In this document: positions 51,113 through 54,313 of the stretch, in pieces
How positions within the stretch are numbered: position 1 is the first letter of the stretch
Layout of the letters: the number at the start of each line of letters is the position of its first letter
From: Candidatus Hydrogenedens sp.
GTDB taxonomy: Bacteria > Hydrogenedentota > Hydrogenedentia > Hydrogenedentales > Hydrogenedentaceae
Assembly: GCA_049968235.1 (NCBI GenBank)
Contig: JBMFRC010000022.1
Location: 1-54,313 of the forward strand
Length of the DNA stretch: 54,313 bases
Direction of reading: 5' to 3'
The notes under the pieces: model-generated
Database searches by the model: none
What the model was told of the DNA's origin: nothing
What the model saw: the letters and a program-made list of their open reading frames with translations, nothing else
Program-made: the position numbers and the translations under genes

Positions 51113-52064
51113 CAATCTTAGTTTTACAGTTCAGCGGGTTAGTTTTTTAGCGGAGGAGCCCTTGTTGGTGCCAGAATATAAGGGTTCGATGATTCGTGGT
51201 GCATTGGGTCATGCCTTAAAAAAAGTTTCCTGTGCGTTGAAGAGGTTTACCTGCCCGGAGTGTCCTATTCGTGAAAAATGTGCTTATAGTATGTGCTTTG
51301 AGACTCCTATCCCAAAATCATCAGAGATTATGAAAAAATATCCTAAAGCACCTCATCCCTATATTCTCGAACCCCCTATTGAGTCAAAAGAGCGTTATGA
51401 ACCCGGCGAGGTATTTGAGTGTAATTTAACCCTTGTTGGTAGAGCAAAGGATTTCTTACCGCATTTTATCTATGCACTTGATGTGATGGCTGAGGAAGGT
51501 TTCGGTAGAGGACGAGGAAAATCTAAACTTATATCCCTTGATTATCTTACTCCTGAAAACAAATGGAACGCCCTATATTCGCCTGAGGCAAATGAATTCT
51601 TAGGGGAACCGTATTCCTTCAAGATACAGGATATTTTGCAAAAGAAAGAGCAACTTTTGTTGGATAAGAGAATAGAAATACAATATATAACACCTACACG
51701 ATTAGTTATAGACGGGAATCTCCATGATACGGGAGAAATAGCATATATCCTACCTGGATTACTTCGTAGACTTACTTTGTTGCAATACTTCTTTTGTGGT
51801 GGTTATTTAGAAAAGGATGTGATTTCTCTAGTAGAAGCGGGGAAAAATCTACAACCTTTACATTCTGCATTCCAGTGGCAGGATTGGGTCCGTTATTCAT
51901 CTCGTCAGGATAGAAAAGTAATTATGGGAGGTTTTATAGTGTCGATAGTATATGAGCAAATTCCTTCTGAAATCCTTGAAGTTCTTTGTTGGGGTGAAAG
52001 GTTACATATTGGCAAAGGAACTGTGTTCGGATTAGGTAAATATAATCTTCTGCCTGCAAACTGA
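51093..52064 (+). CDS. Cas6-like RAMP-superfamily protein (solitary, no CRISPR array nearby) with a Cys cluster
   Basis: N-terminal LLVPEYKGSMIRGALGHALKK parallels the Cas6 N-terminal strand-helix (e.g. PfCas6 FKVPYNHQYYLQGLIYNAIKS). The extreme C-terminal glycine-rich loop HIGKGTVFGLGKY follows GxGxxxxxGxG. There is a CxxC...C...C cluster (CPECPIREKCAYSMC). It overlaps the upstream stop by 8-20 bp and sits 4 bp before the next gene. Confidence 0.55.
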   Translation: MKLYMFNNLSFTVQRVSFLAEEPLLVPEYKGSMIRGALGHALKKVSCALKRFTCPECPIREKCAYSMCFETPIPKSSEIMKKYPKAPHPYILEPPIESKERYEPGEVFECNLTLVGRAKDFLPHFIYALDVMAEEGFGRGRGKSKLISLDYLTPENKWNALYSPEANEFLGEPYSFKIQDILQKKEQLLLDKRIEIQYITPTRLVIDGNLHDTGEIAYILPGLLRRLTLLQYFFCGGYLEKDVISLVEAGKNLQPLHSAFQWQDWVRYSSRQDRKVIMGGFIVSIVYEQIPSEILEVLCWGERLHIGKGTVFGLGKYNLLPAN

Positions 52065-52068
52065 CAAC

Positions 52069-53232
52069 ATGTGCGATACGATTGTTTTTGTAGATAGTCA
52101 AAAAGTTTTATTTGCAAAGAATTCGGACCGTGAGGTAAACGAATCTCAGGTTCTTCTCTGGCAACCGCGTAAAAATTACACGAAAAATGAATTACTACAA
52201 TGCACATATATAACCATTCCCCAGGTTCGTGAGACCTATGCCATTTTAGTATGTAAACCTACATGGATGTGGGGTGCTGAAATGGGGACGAATGAGTTTG
52301 GCGTTACTATTGGGAATGAAGCGGTATTTACCAACCAACCTTATGCTAAAACAGGTTTGACAGGGATGGACCTGATTCGTCTTGCTTTAGAACGGTCCAT
52401 CACCGCAAAACAAGCATGTGAAACAATTATTCAACTTATAGAAATTCATGGTCAGGGTGGAAATTGTGGATACAAAAAAACGACCTACTATCACAACAGT
52501 TATATAATCGCAGATACCCAGGAAGCTTATGTTCTTGAAACCGCTGACAAGAAATATGCTGTGGAAAAAGTTTATGGGTGTCGTGCTATTTCCAATGGCT
52601 TGACTATTAAAGATTTTAAGGAAAAATACAGCAGTCAAATTAAAAGTTACTTTACTCGGTGTAATCAACGAAGAAATGCTATGGAACAGTGCAGACAAAA
52701 AACTCTGACCGTATCGGATATGTTTCAACTACTTCGTTCCCATAAGAATGAAAACTATTATCCAGAATATCATTGGTTTCACGGAGGGATGGATGCACCC
52801 TGTATGCATGCGGGCGGACTCTTCCTTAATTATCAGACTACTGCGTCATGGGTTGCAGAACTTACTCCTAAACATTGTGCCTATTGGGTTACTGCAACTT
52901 CAACTCCATGTATCAGTCTATTCAAACCTGTAAATATATCACAACCTTTAAGTAATAAATTTTGTAATACAAAAGGGGAACTTAAAGATTCTTTCTGGTG
53001 GAAACATGAAAAATTCCAACGACTGGTTATGAAAAATCCTTCACAAACCTTTCCTGTTTTTATTGATAAGAAAAATCAGATGGAAAACGAATGGCTTCAA
53101 AAACCCCCAGTCTCTGAAACTGCTTTCCTCACACATGAACAATTACTTTCTCATTGGACCGCACAGATACTTAAACTTAACATACAGGATACCCGTCCTA
53201 TATGGACACGTTACTTCTGGAATAAAATTTAG
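52069..53232 (+). CDS. secernin-like peptidase (MEROPS C69 family, Ntn-hydrolase with Cys2 nucleophile)
   Basis: MCDTIVFV...VLFAKNSDREVNE...PTWMWGAEMGTNEFGVTIGNEAVFT...GMDLIRLALERSITAKQACETIIQLIEIHGQGGN is collinear with eukaryotic secernin / C69 dipeptidase signatures, as far as I recall them (WLWGAEMGANEHGV...; GMDLVRL...HGQGGN). Confidence 0.7.
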   Translation: MCDTIVFVDSQKVLFAKNSDREVNESQVLLWQPRKNYTKNELLQCTYITIPQVRETYAILVCKPTWMWGAEMGTNEFGVTIGNEAVFTNQPYAKTGLTGMDLIRLALERSITAKQACETIIQLIEIHGQGGNCGYKKTTYYHNSYIIADTQEAYVLETADKKYAVEKVYGCRAISNGLTIKDFKEKYSSQIKSYFTRCNQRRNAMEQCRQKTLTVSDMFQLLRSHKNENYYPEYHWFHGGMDAPCMHAGGLFLNYQTTASWVAELTPKHCAYWVTATSTPCISLFKPVNISQPLSNKFCNTKGELKDSFWWKHEKFQRLVMKNPSQTFPVFIDKKNQMENEWLQKPPVSETAFLTHEQLLSHWTAQILKLNIQDTRPIWTRYFWNKI

Positions 53233-53671
53233 AACAACTTCTACATAAAAAGCCGAAGCAAAAAAATAAACAGTAAGATAACAATTCCATCCTTTTACTA
53301 ACCAATCAGTGCAAAATTTACTCATATTCATAAGTATGATTTACCTTTGAGTACCCCGTTGAGGTGCTATACTATTCACATAATAAAAATTAGATATAAG
53401 ATAAAAATTCATGATTCTAATCCTATTAAAACTTGAATAATCTTTATTCTCAATACTTTATTTTGCAGAGTAATGTTTTAACTTGGAAACTAGTTTCTCC
53501 CCAGGGGACATGGAGATGCCCCGGAGTTTCATCCAGATAACCCCACCAGTTCATATAGACCTATAAGTTTTCCTAATATGTAGATTTATCTTTGAAAACA
53601 TAAAGTTTATAATAATTATATTATTAATTTATATAATATATTAATATTATTATATCAATTTCCTTTATTTA

Positions 53672-54283
53672 TTATTTACAAGGATGGTAATTATATTTAT
53701 TACACGGTATGTTATCGGCTGTTTTTATTCGAGAAATTCCCCATATTTTTTTACAGTTTAAATCTAACCATATGACACCCATTATTTGCTTTTGAGTATA
53801 TTCGTCAATATATGTAAAATCTATTTCCCATACATATGAAGAAATATATTGTTTTTCCCCTCTTTTGTCAAACTCGAACTCATTTTTATTCGGGGCGATA
53901 ACTAATTTAGGTATAACATTATCTAATATTTTGGGATTATATGTATTTACATCCAGTTCTTCTTTTATCAGTTCTCTCGCTTTTTGATATATAATTGTTA
54001 TCGGAGGTTCCTCTGGAATATCTACTTTTGTAGGACAAGGAAATTTTCTATAAAAAAATCTTTTAATGGTTTTCTCTGTCTTTGAAAGAGAAACAATAAA
54101 TGTCTGAGAACGGTCAGGAATACCATCCAATGAAAAATATAAAATTATATTAAGTAAATCTTTTGACGAATCGTTTTTTATTTTATAGCAATTTTTATCT
54201 TCCGGGAAATCGAAATATTTTAACAACTTATTAATTTTTTCAATGAAAATTTCTTCTTGCGAAGAAATATCCTTTTCAGACAA
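53672..54283 (-). CDS. hypothetical protein (AT-rich, Lys/Asn-rich)
   Basis: Long ORF with no recognisable motifs. Confidence 0.35.
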   Translation of the reverse strand: MSEKDISSQEEIFIEKINKLLKYFDFPEDKNCYKIKNDSSKDLLNIILYFSLDGIPDRSQTFIVSLSKTEKTIKRFFYRKFPCPTKVDIPEEPPITIIYQKARELIKEELDVNTYNPKILDNVIPKLVIAPNKNEFEFDKRGEKQYISSYVWEIDFTYIDEYTQKQIMGVIWLDLNCKKIWGISRIKTADNIPCNKYNYHPCK

Positions 54284-54313
54284 AGAATCTATTTGCTTTA
54301 AAGAAGTATTATT

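Noticed and set aside
53611-53660. AT-only low-complexity stretch (TTATATTATTAATTTATATAATATATTAATATTATTATATC) considered as a possible array or origin element
   Set aside because: There is no regular repeat unit or spacer structure. It is most likely a promoter or UP-element region for the divergent hypothetical gene.

Overview
This 54.3-kb window is a chromosomal segment from a low-GC bacterium (GC judged by eye; no number computed), probably an anaerobe given the PFOR gene. About 45 genes are tightly packed on both strands. Most of it is housekeeping.

Housekeeping content: purD, a stand-alone PurH-type IMP cyclohydrolase domain, a family-4 UDG, a CinA/PncC domain, dnaE, clpS-clpA, a sigma-54 response regulator, PFOR, a PcrA/UvrD helicase, pheA, queC, phosphomannomutase, dtd, gpmI, htrA and a tRNA-Thr/tRNA-Phe pair.

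The most interesting region is a compact, translationally coupled four-ORF island at 49.6-53.2 kb with no CRISPR array, cas10 or cas1/2 anywhere in the window. It contains:
- a Csm6/Csx1-like CARF-HEPN protein, apparently split by a +/-1 frameshift in an A7 tract;
- a solitary Cas6-like RAMP protein;
- a secernin-like (peptidase C69, Ntn-hydrolase) cysteine peptidase.
I read this as either a candidate cyclic-oligonucleotide-responsive RNase + protease module or a decaying type III accessory remnant.

Other notable points:
- Two 36-bp direct repeats with a unique 30-bp spacer (a CRISPR-like mini-array) sit in an unusually long 1.3-kb non-coding region.
- Two co-oriented ~250-bp dispersed repeat copies bracket an ~8.4-kb gene block.
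- A secreted 5'-nucleotidase is interrupted by a frameshift in a G9 homopolymer, making it a phase-variation candidate.
- There is a radical-SAM-like protein that has lost its CxxxCxxC triad.
- There are two membrane-embedded M28-peptidase paralogs.
- There are two tandem paralogous small secreted proteins.
- The window's 5' edge is a truncated type IIG/BREX-like methyltransferase specificity domain.

All calls come from reading the sequence and the ORF track by eye. No database searches were run.
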